A stretch of DNA of 64,000 nucleotides from Heptranchias perlo (Eukaryota). Of this stretch, positions 37,105 through 50,590 are shown one piece after another (within the stretch, counting starts at the first letter, position 1; every line of letters starts with the position of its first letter). A model generated the notes under the pieces. That model had not been told where the DNA came from. It was given only the letters and a program-made list of their open reading frames with translations, and did no database searches. Made by a program: the position numbers and the translations under genes. The stretch spans positions 20,832,001 to 20,896,000 of the forward strand of contig NC_090352.1 in the NCBI RefSeq assembly GCF_035084215.1. Direction: 5' to 3'.

Positions 37105-39195
37105 ATCTTTCACGCAACTCCATTGAATCTCTCCAACCGAGTTTCTGCTCTGCCACAGCACTAATGCAAGTCACAAATGACATCCTCTCTGACTGTGACC
37201 ATGGTGCACTATCCCTCCTCATCCTTCTTGACCTCTCTGTAACCTTTGACATGGTCAACCACACTATCCTCCTCCAACGCCTCTCCTCCATTGTCCAGCT
37301 GAGTGAGACTGCCCTCCTTTGGTTCCACTCTTACCTATCTAAGTGTAGCCAGAGCTACTGCCAGCAATTGCTTCTCTTTACACCACTGCCATGCCCCTAG
37401 GATTTATCCATAGCTCCTTCCTCTTCTTCATCTACATGCTGCCCCTTGGCGTGCCCGCATGCAACAAGACCTGGACAACATCCAGGCTTGGGCTGATAAG
37501 TGGCAAGTAACATTCACGCCAGACAAGTGCCAGGCAATGACTATCTCCAACAAGAGAGTGTCTAACCACCTCCCCTTGACATTCAACGGCATTACCATCG
37601 CCGAATCCCCCACAATCAACATCCTGGGGGTCACCATTGACCAGAAACTTAACTGGACCACCCACATAAATACTGTGGCTACAAGAGCAGGTCAGAGGCT
37701 GGGTATTCTGTGGCGAGTGACTTACCTCCTGACTCCCCAAAGGCTTTCCACCATCTACAAGGCACAAGTCAGGAGTGTGATGGAATGTTCTCCACTTGCC
37801 TGGATGAGTGCAGCTCCAACAACACTCAAGAAGCTCGATACCATCCAGAACAAAGTAGCCCACATAATTGGCACCCCATCCACCACCCTAAACATTCACT
37901 CCCTTCACCACCGGCGCACTGTGGCTGCAGTGTGTACCATCCACAGGATGCACTGCAGCAACTCGCCAAGGCTTCTTCGACAGCACCTCCCAAACACGCG
38001 ACCTCTACCACCTAGAAGGACAAAAGCAGCAGGCACATGGGAACAACACCACCTGCACGTTCCCCTCCAAGTCACACACCATCCCGACTTGGAAATATAT
38101 TGCTGCTCCTTCATCGTCGCTGGGTCAAAATCCTGGAACTCCCTTCCTAACAGCACTGTGAGAGAACCTTCACCACACGGACTGCAGCGGTTCAAGAAGG
38201 CGCTCACCACTACCTTCTCAAAGGGCAATTAGGGATGGGCAATAAATGCCAGCCTCGCCAGCGACGCCCACATCCCATGAACAAATTTTTAAAAAATCAT
38301 CTGAAGACAAAGAGTCATCTTCCACATGTATGCTGATGACATCCAGTTCTACCTCTGCACCACCTCTCTCAGCCCCTCCCTGCCTTTGTGTCATCAGACT
38401 GCTTATCTGACATCCAATCCCAAATGAGCCACAATTTCCTCCAGTTAAACATTGGGAAGACTGAAGCTATTGTCTTCGACCTCCCCATCCCCCCCCAACC
38501 TCCGTACCCTTGACACCAATTCCTTCCCCTTCTCAGCCACTGTCTCACGTTCAACAAGACTGTTTCCAAACTTTTGACTGCAAGCTGAGCTTCTGACCCC
38601 ATATCTTCCCCATCACAAAGATTGCCTCCGTAATATCGCCCGTTTCCATCCCCAGCTCAGCCCATCTGCTGCCGAAACCATCATCCATGCCTTTCTCACC
38701 TCTGGACTCAACTATTCCAAAGCTCTCCTGACTGGCCTCCCCATCCTCCATTCTCTGTTAACTTCAGCTCATTCAAAACTCTGCTGCTTGTATCGTAACT
38801 TTGTCCAAGTCCAGATCACCCATCACCCCTGTGCTCATTGACCTACATTGGCTCCCAGTACCCCAAACCTCAAATTCAAAATTCTCACCTTCACTTTCAA
38901 ATCCCTTCATGGCCTCAACCCTCCCTATCTCTGCAACCTTCTCCAGCCCTACAACCCTCAGAGAATTCTGCATTCCTCCAACTCTAGCATCTTCGCTCCA
39001 CCATTTGCAGCTGTGTCTTCAGCCAATTAGGCCTTAAGCTCTGCAATTCTCTCCCTAAACATCGCTGCCTCTCCACCTCCCTCTCCTCAAGACCCTCCTT
39101 AAAATTCATCTCTTTGATCAAGCTTTCAGTCACCTCTCCTAATAGCTCCTTCTTCAGATTGGTGTGGATTTTTGTCTGTTTACACTTCCGTGTAA
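37105..39195 (+). mobile_element. L2 LINE fragment split by a CR1/Zenon-like insertion
   Basis: QVTNDILSDCDHGALSLLILLDLSVTFDMVNHTILLQRL before 37450; MYADDIQFYL and PITPVLIDLHWLPV after 38296. Confidence 0.85.
37452..38296 (+). mobile_element. Second copy of the CR1/Zenon-like LINE, 5'-truncated (ORF 37459-38232)
   Basis: Protein nearly identical to the C-terminal part of 5801-6919; same GGGCAATTAGGGATGGGCAATAAATGC 3' end. Confidence 0.9.
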
Positions 39196-41298
39196 CCAGT
39201 GAGTTTGATCTGGATCCTCTGAAAAGAGAATAAGATAAGCTAGACAATGTCTTTAGATGGTGAGGAAAGGATTTTAAAAAACTACATAAAAAGTAATTGC
39301 AGTATAGTCATAGTTTTAGCATTAGAGTTGCAAACTATTTATTTTCTATTTTACAAGCAACTAGTAAAGTTTAGCAGCTATTATAAATATATATGCTATG
39401 TTCCTAGTATTATTCACTTGTTCCATTATTATTTATTACATTTCTTCGACAATTGATGCCCAATACAGTGTTTCGTGTAGTACTACTATGCTACTTTTGA
39501 AGATAGGGAGGATCCTATGGAGGCTGCACAGGCTGTTTCTTGTCCTGGACACACTAGGTAAGAGGGAAAAGGGAAGCAGTCTCAAGGATGCAGGGACCTA
39601 GGGCTCATCTACAAGATTAGTCTGAAACATAGAAGCTAAAAAAATCTAGAGTAAAAAAGAATAAAAGAAGCCAAAATGTAAGACCTTGTACCTGGCAGAT
39701 AAAGAGGAGACTTTTACCCCATCAATTTGAGCTGCAGCCAAATACAGAACTCAAAGGTATTAGGACAGGGTACTAACACACACCAATGGGTCTTCAACGT
39801 TATTGCAATATGAAAGAAAGCTACTAAATACTTAAGAAAGCATGGAATGGGAAACAGCCATACATCCCCAAAAAACGGCTTCTTCTATAAACCATGCATA
39901 ATTAGAGCTCAAAAATGTATACTATTATTACTACAATAGATCAATACTCAGAATGATTAAAGGCCTCCTCACATCAGGTCACTCAATACAACCACGGGCA
40001 TTGTTAACTCTCTCTTGTTCGGGTAAAACTGCAAGTAGAAGTGTTGACCCTCCCTCAACAGTTCATAATGCAAGGATAGTACCTACATTAGAAATAGTAA
40101 CAGCTTTCTAATTAGATTGCAACTACTAATACACTTCCAGTATCATTGTTGCTCACAAGTTTTAACATACACGATGATTGTATCTCTCGATATCATCTTC
40201 CATGTGTACTTATGTAATTCTCCTTCCCCTGCAGTTACTTTTCATCTGCAACCTCTTTGACCTGATAGCTCATCTCTATGTGTGATCCCTGCCTTAACAG
40301 CTCCTTTCCCTGTCCCACACCAATTGCAACTCACCCGCGTGTACTCTCGCCTCCACACCAGCTAGTCACTATCCACAAAGAGAATAATAAAAAAGATATA
40401 CATCAATATTCAAGTCACACCAACACATCAAGCTTCCTAGTACATAGATTTATTTTTGCTGCAAGGTACTTAAAGAATACGCAGAAAATGTTTATTCACA
40501 CCCATTGATTCGAAAAATCAATTCAACAGAAGAAGAAAATTAGGGTTTTTTTTGCCAATTAAATAAATAAAGAATTGAAGGCAGATAAATACAACAATTA
40601 TCATTCAACAATCTGATAACTGTCCTAATAATCTGTCCAAAGCACAAGAAGTATATTTTTATGACACTTAGTGGATGCCCAAAAGGGACCAGTTTTCCAA
40701 CCTTTTTTGCCCCTATAACTAGTCCCCCTACCCCAGGATAGGCAACATCAGTAATATCAAATGTAGGGATGAACAAAACCTCACAGTATCTAATTGTACA
40801 TAAGTCACAGTTAATATTTAAAGGCCAATAAAAAAAATTCTGTTTAATTGTAATTGCTTGCTGGTCATTATGCTCTAATGTTCATTTTTGCCAGTCTCAA
40901 TAAGATTTACAGTATAAGTCACATCTACATCTGTCTATCATTAGTACTCTATTGCCTGAGTGCAATAGGAAATTTCATATTGGTAAAAATAGAGTTACAA
41001 AGTTCCCATTGTTCACTATGTGGTATTTTGTCTAACAGCATGACAAACATTGAAAATGTTTGGTTACAATGAGTTCCTTAAACCAGAATATTCTTGCTGT
41101 GTTTGCTAACTTTGTTCTCTTTGGAGATTGAAAGTTTGAAAACCCTTGATCATTATTTTGTCTTAAATAAACTTACGTTTGGTGTCAGATTTTTACATGG
41201 GCCTCTCATTTTCAAATAATTTTTCTCAAAACTCTAAGTGAAACAATAGATCCATGGGTCTGTGGAGCAGTATATTATCATTATGCTTCAAAGACCTT

Positions 41299-41702
41299 GG
41301 GGTAAATTTTAAATGCCAAGACCGGGGACGGATGGGGAATAAAAATCCTACGTTTTCAGAGCAGGACCGTATCCAGGCTCCAACACGCCTGCTTCCGGGT
41401 TTAACCCGGGCAGATTTGTCTGCGTGTGGAGAGCAGACACCAGGAAGTTCGCCCGCCCCCCCACCCCCCGCCAACTCAAAGCCGGCAGGCCGATACTTAA
41501 AAGGGCAATGGACCTCATTGAGATACTTGAGGTACTTAATATTTTGTGTATTGGAATAATAAAACAAATTTAACCTTACCCGTTTGGGTTTCCCATCGCT
41601 TCTGAATCACGAAGGGCCTGATCCATGAGGTGAGTGCCTTTATTGCACTGATTGTGGACCCAGAGGAGCAGGAATGGCCCAACAAGCTCACCTGGCCGGC
41701 AG
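41299..41702. mobile_element. Left arm of a Harbinger-type MITE leading into the C-rich array
   Basis: Begins GGGGTAAATTTT (compare GGGGTCAATTTT at the 27675 end); shares AGGT.AGTGCC...GAGGAGCAGGA.TG...CCCAACAAGC..ACCTG with family A MITEs. Confidence 0.65.
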
Positions 41703-44700
41703 GACCCCCCGGTCTCTTCCTCCGCTCCCCCCCCACCCCGGTCTCTTCCTCCCCCCTCACCCCCGTCTCTTCCTCCACCCCCCCACCCCCGACTCTTCAT
41801 CCCCCCCACCCCCGTCTCTTCCTCCCCCCCACCCCCGTCTCTTCCTCCCCCCCACCCCCGTCTCTTCCTCCCCCCCCACCCTCTTCCTCGCCCCCCCGTC
41901 TCTTCCTCGCCCCCCAGTCTCTTCCTTGCGCCCCCACGCCCCCGATCTCTTCCTCCCCCCCCACCCCTGTCTCTTCCTTCCCCCCCGTCTCTTCCTTCCC
42001 CCCCCAACCCTCTTCCTGCCCACCCCGGTCTATTCCTCCCCCCCCACCCTCTTCCTAGCCCCCCCCCTCTTCCTAGCCCCCCCCCCGGTCTCTTCCACCC
42101 CTCCCACCCACCCCCCCCCCACCTTCTTTACCCCCCCCCACCCTCTCCTTCGCCCCTCCCGTCTCTTCCTCGCCCCCTGGGTCTCTTCCCCCCCCCGGTC
42201 TCTTCCCCCCACCCCGGTCCCTTCCCCCCACCCGCTTCCTTGCCCCCCCCACCCCGGTCTCTTCCCCCCACCCTCTTCCTCGCCCCCCCCCATGTCTCTT
42301 CCCCCCACCCTCTTCCTCGCCCCCCACCCCCGGTCTCTTCCCCCCACCCTCTTCCTCGCCCCCCACCCCCGGTCTCTTCCCCCCACCCTCTTCCTCGCCC
42401 CCCCCCCCGACCCCGGTCTCTTCCTCGCAACCGCCCCCCCCCCCCCCCCACCACCCCGGTCTCTTCCTCGCAGCACCCCCCCCCCCTCCCCCCACCCCGG
42501 TCTCTTCCTCGCCGCCCCCCCCCCCCTCCCACCACCCCGGTCTCTTCCTCGCCGCCGCCCCCCCCTCCCACCACCCCGGTCTCTTCCTCGCACCCCCCCC
42601 CCCCACCCCGGTCTCTTCCTCGCCGCCCCCCCCCCCTCCCCACCCCAGTCTCTTCCTCGCCGCCCCCCCCACCACGTCTCTTCCTCGCCGCCCCCCCCTC
42701 CCCCCCTCCCCCCCCCACCACCACCATCACCACCCCGGTCTCTTCCACGCCCCCCCTCTCCCCCAAACCACCCCGGTCTCTTCCTCGCCCCCCCCCCACC
42801 CCGGTCTCTTCCTCCCCCCCCCACCCCGGTCTCTTCCTCCCCCCCCCCACACCGGTCTCTTCCTCCCCCCACCTCCCACCCCGGTCTCTTCCTCCCCCCC
42901 CCACCCCGGTCTCTTCCTCCCCCCCCCCCACCCCGGTCTCTTCCTCCCCCCACCTCCCACCCCGGTCTCTTTCTCCCCCCCCCCACACCGGCCTCTTCCT
43001 TGCACACCCCCCCACCTCGGTCTCTTCCTCCCCCCCCCCCACCCCGGTCTCTTCCTCCCCCCGCCACACTGGTCTCTTCCTCCCCCCGCCACACTGGTCT
43101 CTTCCTCGCCCCCCCCCCCCCAACCACCCCGGTCTCTTCCTTGCCGCCCCCCCCCCCCCCCAACCACCCCGGTCTCTTCCTCGCCCCCCCCCCCCCCCAC
43201 CCCGGTCTCTTTCTCCCCCCCCACCCCGGTCTCTTTCTTCCTCCCCCCCTCCCCACCCCGGTCTCTTCCTCCCCCCCCCCCCACCCCGGTCTCTTCCTCC
43301 ACCCCCCCCCCACCCCGGTCTCTTCCTCCCCCCCCCCACCCCGGTCTCTTCCTCCCCCTCCCCCCCCACCCCGGTCTCTTCCTCCCCCCCCCCCAACCCC
43401 GGTCTCTTCCTCACCCCCCCCCCGCCCCCAGCCACCCCGGTCTCTTCCTCACCCCCCCCCCGCCCCCAGCCACCCCGGTCTCTTCCTCGCCCCCCCCCCA
43501 CCACCCCGGTCTCTTCCTCGCCCCCCCCCCCACCACCCCGGTCTCTTCCTCGCCCCCCCCCCCCCCCGCCCCCAACCACCCCGGTCTCTTCCTCGCCCCC
43601 CACCCCCCCACCACGGTCTCTTCTTCGCACCCCCCCGCCCCCAACCACCCCGGTCTCTTCCTCGCCCCCCCACCCCCCACCACTCCGGTCTCTTCCTCGC
43701 CCCCCCCCCCCACCACCCCGGTCTCTTCCTCGCCGCCCCCCCCACCACCCCGGTCTCTTCCTCGCCCCCCCCCCCCGCCACCCCGGTCTCTTCCTCGCCC
43801 CCCCCCCCCCACCACCCCGGTCTCTTCCTCGCCCCCCCCCCCCCACCACCCCGGTCTCTTCCTCGCCCCCCCCCCCCCCCCCACCACCCCGGTCTCTTCC
43901 TCGCCCCCCCCCCCCACCACCCCGGTCTCTTCCTCGCCCCCCCCCCCCCCCCCACCACCCCGGTCTCTTCCTCGCTCCCCCCCCCACCACCCCGGTCTCT
44001 TCCTCGCTCCCCCCCCCACCACCCCGGTCTCTTCCTCGCTCCCCCCCCCACCACCCCGGTCTCTTCCTCGCTCCCCCCCCCACCACCCCGGTCTCTTCCT
44101 CGCTCCCCCCCCCACCACCCCGGTCTCTTCCTCGCTCCCCCCCCCACCACCCCGGTCTCTTCCTCGCTCCCCCCCCCACCACCCCGGTCTCTTCCTCGCT
44201 CCCCCCCCCACCACCCCGGTCTCTTCCTCGCTCCCCCCCCCCACCACCCCGGTCTCTTCCTCGCTCCCCCCCCCACCACCCCGGTCTCTTCCTCGCTCCC
44301 CCCCCCACCACCCCGGTCTCTTCCTCGCTCCCCCCCCCACCACCCCGGTCTCTTCCTCGCTCCCCCCCCCCACCACCCCGGTCTCTTCCTCGCTCCCCCC
44401 CCCCACCACCCCGGTCTCTTCCTCGCTCCCCCCCCCACCACCCCGGTCTCTTCCTCGCTCCCCCCCCCCACCACCCCGGTCTCTTCCTCGCTCCCCCCCC
44501 CACCACCCCGGTCTCTTCCTCGCCCCCCCCCCACCACCCCGGTCTCTTCCTCGCTCCCCCCCCCACCACCCCGGTCTCTTCCTCGCTCCCCCCCCCCACC
44601 ACCCCGGTCTCTTCCTCGCTCCCCCCCCCACCACCCCGGTCTCTTCCTCGCTCCCCCCCCCACCACCCCGGTCTCTTCCTCGCTCCCCCCCCCACCACCC

Positions 44701-44745
44701 CGGTCTCTTCCTCGCCCCCCCACCCCACCACCCCGGACTCTTCCT
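41703..44745. repeat. ~3-kb C-rich minisatellite with a ~32-bp unit, GGTCTCTTCCTCGCT-C(9-10)-ACCACCCC
   Basis: GGTCTC recurs at a 32-bp period in the homogeneous part (e.g. 44058, 44090, 44122); units are more irregular to the left. Confidence 0.97.
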
Positions 44746-45003
44746 TTTAAAAACTGTGAATACGGAAGCAAATCTGGAAGTCAACAAACAATTCCTAAGG
44801 ATATAGTGCCAATATAAATATCTGTAATACTTCATCGGTGTCAGGTCAGGGATTAAAACCCTGCTACCGTAATGACAGCAGACAGTACTATTTGTAACTA
44901 GTCAATGCCGAGTGCCGGGCCACGGTTAAGTAACCAGGCCACCTCCAGAGAGTGCCAAAGGCGTCAGGTAGATGAGTGTCTGGAGGAGGTAGTGGGAGGT
45001 TAG

Positions 45004-45092
45004 GATCAGATCAGCCATGATCTTATTAAATGGCGGAGCAGGCTCGAAGAGCCGATTGGCCTACTCCTACTCCTATTTCTTATGTTCATATG
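45004..45092 (+). mobile_element. CR1 3' tail
   Basis: GATCAGCCATGATCTTATTAAATGGCGGAGCAGG..GGCCTACTCCT..TCTTATGTTC, same as the tail at 50450-50525. Confidence 0.8.
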
Positions 45093-46324
45093 ACCCTTGA
45101 TGGAGGAAATGCCATTAAAAGGTAGATGAGCAAATCCTTGAATTACCAACAGCATCCACAATTTGGAAGCCGTCTTGCAACTGCAATACATAACAAGTCA
45201 ATGAAAGCAACTTTGGATATTCTGAAACACACGACTAGGGTCCAGGTGTGAAGGACAGTCATAGGAGCTCCTATGATAGTCAAACAATGGCTTATGGCTT
45301 ATAATTCAACATAAGATGCATCCTGTAAGCTGCAAAGTTTCATTTTAATACAATAGTATTGGTTATGCATCAATAAATTTACATATAGTCTCATGATAAT
45401 GTTTTCCAAGCAATTAAACTAAAACGTTATGCATGACCCTATGAAGTCTGAGATGTATGACCTTTCTGGCACAAGATACAGTTGCTTTTAAATGTCACAA
45501 AATACGGAATCCTATTATTACAAACCTGAGGCTCTTTATGTAACTGGAAAGAAAGATACAAATTCTATGACTTTCCAATGATAATCACAATCATAGTTAT
45601 TGGTAAATTCAAGAGCAAATCCACTGAAATCAACAAAAATTATGTCAAAATAGGAATACTTTGATTTGTGTCAAGATTTTATAAATATCACAATTTGCCA
45701 ATAGAAACATATTTCCATATCATTGTAATATGTAATATATTTTGTGCATATATGAACCTGAGAACCCCACACTATAGAACTGCGGGACACTGGTTAATTA
45801 GTTCTAAAGTGAATAAGACGGGACTGAAAAAACATTGTACCACAACATGTGATAATTATTCATTGTTTGTAATCATTAAAATTTGCTTTTTAATGGACAG
45901 GTCATTTTAATTAGAATTTAGAAGTGTCTTCCTCTCATATGAAACCAGTGGTCTGTCGTTTAGTGCAATTGTCAGTTGCCAGGGTTACTAGATGCATGAA
46001 GAACATTTTATCACAGACAAATAGTTGCCTGCGCTATATACATTTATATATATATATATACCTTGCAATGAGTTAATTTGGTACAGAGGAGCTGCCAGTT
46101 TAATTGGATTTTGCATTGGTTGATTATTCAAATTTAAAACATTGTCAGTTAAGATGTTAGAGGGTTAAGAGCATTCTTGTATATCTAATAGGTTGAGGGG
46201 ACTGCAATACATTCATTTATATCCAAACTTTAAAAAGAATCAAGCACATCACTTCAAAAATATCCCCCCTCCCATCCTATCCCACCAATAAACCCTTCTA
46301 TATATTTCTTGGTAAAATGTCCAC

Positions 46325-46665
46325 AAAATATTACAGCACAAAAGCATGCCATTTGGCCCAACAATTCTCGGAAGGTGCTTTTCTCCACGTGTCTTAACCG
46401 GATCTCATTCTCCCGCTCATTCCCTGTGTCCTTTGGTATTTTTTTTCCCTTTCAAGCATCTATCTTTTAAAAAAAAATATGGATTTTGCTTTGACAATGG
46501 TTTGTGGTAGAACATTCCACATTATAATCATCCTCTGTGTTACAATTTTTTTTCTAACTTCCCCTTTAATTCTTTCTGTAATTATCTTAAGTTTGTGCCC
46601 TCTCATTACCATCTCATCAACCAGTGGAGACAATCCATCACCTTATCACAACTGTCATAATTTTT
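46325..46665 (-). mobile_element. Highly degenerate CR1 3' fragment
   Basis: ACAGCACA..GCCATTTGGCCC tail and CATTCCAC...CTTAAGTTTGTGCCCTCT in the same order as the other minus-strand CR1 ends. Confidence 0.5.
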
Positions 46666-47149
46666 GGATTTTTGTGCTAGATATTCTCTCCAGTTCAGTG
46701 TCACCAGAAGCTCTCATTAGCAGATGATCCAGGGTGCACCATTTACTGCCCAATATCTGGTTAAATGACAGCAAAGCACAAATTGTAACAGAGCATATTT
46801 GTTCTGTATGCCAGCTACTGAAATCTATCACAATGCCATGTGAATTCTCCAGTCTTTATGGAATGCGACTGAAGTAGTACTTTAGCGAGGTGAGACCCAG
46901 CTTCAAACCATCAACTAATTCATTTTACATTGAATGCCTGAGTGAACAGCATAAAGTTATCATGTGGAGAGCAATCAATTTTCCTATGCTCCTTGGTTAT
47001 GAAAAATAATAAAGATGCAACTTACTAACTTTATAACATTCACTATATAAACCTCTGAAAGCTAAGCTGTCTCAGGCTTTTGAAACATAGGCTGTGAGAA
47101 CCCAGATTACCTTGGTCTGAGAGACAGAGAAAGATAGTGAGAGATTTCT

Positions 47150-47480
47150 CTGTCTCCTACCTTAATACCCCATCACAGATCTCCGAAGTACACCATTCAC
47201 AATATCTTTGCAATTTGAGAAATTTCCTTTTACCTCCAGCCTTTGTTCTCCCCAATCCACGTGGCCATGTTCCGCTTAATTCCATGCCACAAGTCTCTTG
47301 TGTGGTACTTTATCAAATGCTTTTTGACAATCCATATAAACACATCCATTGCATTCCTTCCTGTCTCCTCTCGCTTATTTCTTCAAAAGCTTTTATAAAA
47401 TTGGTCAAGCACGATCTTCCTTTTAAAATTCCAAGCTGACCAACCGGATTAACTCATGTTTCTCCAAACATTTAGTAATT
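47150..47480 (-). mobile_element. Degenerate CR1 RT fragment
   Basis: Reverse complement gives GRSCLTNFIKAFEEI..MDVFIW.VKKHLIKYH, a frameshifted RSCLTN..YMDFQKAFDKVPH. Confidence 0.6.
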
Positions 47481-47571
47481 TCCTTTCCCTAAACTTCAGC
47501 AGACCTTCCCTTTGATATCTGAAATGATTTAAACCATTTCAAAGTTTTCAAGATATTAAAATTTAATTTTA

Positions 47572-47682
<111 letters not shown>

Positions 47683-49140
47683 CTAAAACCAAACAGTACA
47701 AAATAATTTAATTTAATTTAATTTTACAGTGTGGTTTAATAAATCTCAAAACTTGATTCGTACATAAATGTTTATATAGTTTCTCATTTAAGCTTTACTA
47801 TTTTCAATATTCAATCTTTTCTTATTTGTTTGCTTATAACTGACAGAATAGTTCACTGAATGTTACTATGCACTTTTTTGGCATATAGGATAGTTTGATT
47901 ATTCAGTAGACACCATGGACTGTATTTTACAATGCTCTCCCTTGACTTCACTGTCCTCCCTACACCCGCCCCTCCATATAACCTCTCCTACCCATATTCA
48001 TGGCCACCCCTTGAGCTTGCCATCTCCCACGGCCTCTCTACTCCCAGAATCCATCACTGAAAAGGCCATCTCTGACCACTTCATTGTATCCCTCACCACC
48101 CACATCCCCCTATCCCCTTTCAAGCCCGCTTGCTTCTGTGTCCAGCAGAGGGAATGGGATGGTAATTTATGCACCCCCATTTCCAATGCGCAACTGCCCC
48201 ATTCCTGACCGAAAACGGGGATGAAAATTGCTCCCAGACCCTTGCAGCCACTGGTGATTAGGAGGGCTGAAATGTTCACATTCACATCAGACTCCTTTTA
48301 TAAGGCTCTCCTGGCTAAATCAGGATTTTCTCAATTTTCATTGAGCCATTTAGCACAAAGATTGTACACTCCCCAGCTGGATCCACGAGTCTTCAATAAT
48401 AGGTGGCTCTTTAGCTGCTTAATAAGTGTTAAAAAGAACATTGCCACAGGCACGTAATGATCAACTGCTAATTCTTCGTTCCCACTAATGAAAACACATT
48501 CTCAGGAAGTGCACATTTGAAAACAGCCCATTATTCATTTTCAATAGCAGGACAAAGATAACAAAAAGAAAGAAGCTTTTTTCCTGTTTTTCCAGAATAG
48601 AGGAAAATACAGCCCAACTGCTGAAAAATTTACTGTGGAGTGAAGCCACCAGCTCACGCCCATGGAATAAGTACAGGCTTCCAACAGGGTCATTTAATCA
48701 TTTACTTTCACATCTCAATGATTAAAGCCCCGCAGTGGGTCTATACAAGACAGCCTTACAACAAAAACATGGTACCTTAACAACTGGAAAGATGTCTCAA
48801 AGCCTTGCATCTACCAGAAAAGTCTCACCTCTAAATGTTATACATGTCACAGTTAGAAATTGTGTCGCATTTTCATTTGATTAACTCAAATATATTAATA
48901 AAACAATAACAAATTATAACTGAATAGATAGGGTTCCTACTTATGAACAAATTGTATTTTTTTTTAAGTGTCAGAAACCAGGCATTTCCTGCTGGTTTCA
49001 TGCGACCTTGATTTATTGATGAATCCCAAAGGAGAGGAACCAGAGATTTTCAAGCAGCTGTCTATCTAGATGCAAAAGCCTGGAAATTCCTGGGGCAGAG
49101 TAATGGGGCTGAGCAGAACATACCCTTACCCCGTGTAGAG

Positions 49141-50525
49141 GGAAACCGGGGAATTATAGACCAGTTAGCCTAGCATCTGTTGTGGGGAAATTGCTGGAGT
49201 CTATAATTAAAGATAGGGTGACTGAACACTTCGCGAATTTTCAGTTAATCAGAGAGAGCCAGCATGGATTTGTGAAAGGTAGGTCGTGCCTGACAAACCT
49301 GATTGAATTTTTTTGAAGAGGTGACTAAAGTAGTGGACAGGGGAATGTCAATGGATGTTATTTATATGGACTTCCAGAAGGCATTTGATAAGGTCCCACA
49401 TAAGAGACTGTTAGCTAAGATAGAAGCCCATGGAAAAGTACGGACTTGGTTAGGAAATTGGCTGAGCGAAAGGCGACAGAGAGTAGGGATAATTGGTAAG
49501 TATTCACATTGGCAGGTTGTGACTAGTGGAGTCCTGCAGGGATCTGTCTTGGGGCCTCAATTATTCACAATATTTATTAATGACTTAGATGAAGGCATAG
49601 AAAGTCTCATATCTAAGTTTGCTGATGACACAAAGATTGGTGGCATTGTAAGCAGTGTAGATGAAAACATAAAATTACAAAGCAATATTGATAGATTGGG
49701 TGAATGGGCAAAACTGTGGCAAATGGAATTCAATGTAGACAAATGTGAGGTCATCCACTTTGGATCAAAAAAGGATAGAACAGGGTACTTTCTAAATGGT
49801 AAAAAGTTAAAAACAGTGGATGGCCAAAGAGACGTAGGGGTTCAGGTACATAGATCATTGAAGTGTCATGAACAGGTGCAGAAAATAATCAATAAGGCTA
49901 ATGGAATGCTGGCCTTTATATCTAGAGAACTAGAGTACAAGGGGGCAGAAGTTATGCTGCAGCTATACAAAACCTTGGTTAGACCGCACCTGGAGTACCG
50001 TGAGCAGTTCTGGGCACTACACCTTCGGAAGGACATATTGGCCTTGTAGGTTTACGAGAATGATACCCAGATTTCAAGGATTAAGTTACGAGGAGAGATT
50101 ACAAATTGGGGTTGTATTCTCTAGAGTTTCGAAGGGTAAGGGGTGATCTGATCGAAGTTTATAAGATATTAAGGGGAATGGATAGGGTGGATAGAGAGAA
50201 ACTATTTCTGCTGGTTGAGGATTCTAGGAGTAGGGGACACAGTCTAAAAATTAGAGCCAGACCTTTCAGGAGTGAGATTAGAAAACATTTCTACATACAA
50301 AGGGTGGTAGAAGTTTGGAACTCTCTTCCGCAAACGGCAATTGATACTAGCTCAATTGCTAAATTTAAATGTAAGATAGATAGCTTTTTGGCAACCAAAG
50401 GTATTAAGGGATATGGGCCAAAGGCAGGTATATGGAGTTAGATCACAGATCAGCCATGATCTTACCAAATGGCGGAGCAGGTACGAGGGGCTGAATGGCC
50501 TACTCCTGTTCCTATGTTCCTATGT
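49141..50525 (+). mobile_element. Relatively young CR1 LINE, 5'-truncated
   Basis: PGNYRPVSL..SQHGFVKGRSCLTNL; ORF 49303-50049 with YMDFQKAFDKVPH, GVLQGSVLGP, FADDTK; ORF 50106-50441; tail TTCCTATGTTCCTATG. Confidence 0.93.
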
Positions 50526-50576
50526 AAGTGTTCCATATCCTGTCTAAAATCTCTGGGTCAGAAATATTTGTACAAT

Positions 50577-50590
50577 GTGCCCTCCAGTGG
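50577..50590 (-). promoter_or_regulatory. CTCF-like motif
   Basis: Reverse complement CCACTGGAGGGCAC; motif match only. Confidence 0.3.

Noticed and set aside
41576-44835. Very long Pro-rich and Gly-rich ORFs (up to 1047 aa) on both strands
   Set aside because: Open in nearly all frames because the repeat unit lacks stop codons; variable C-runs shift frame; no domain or splice structure.
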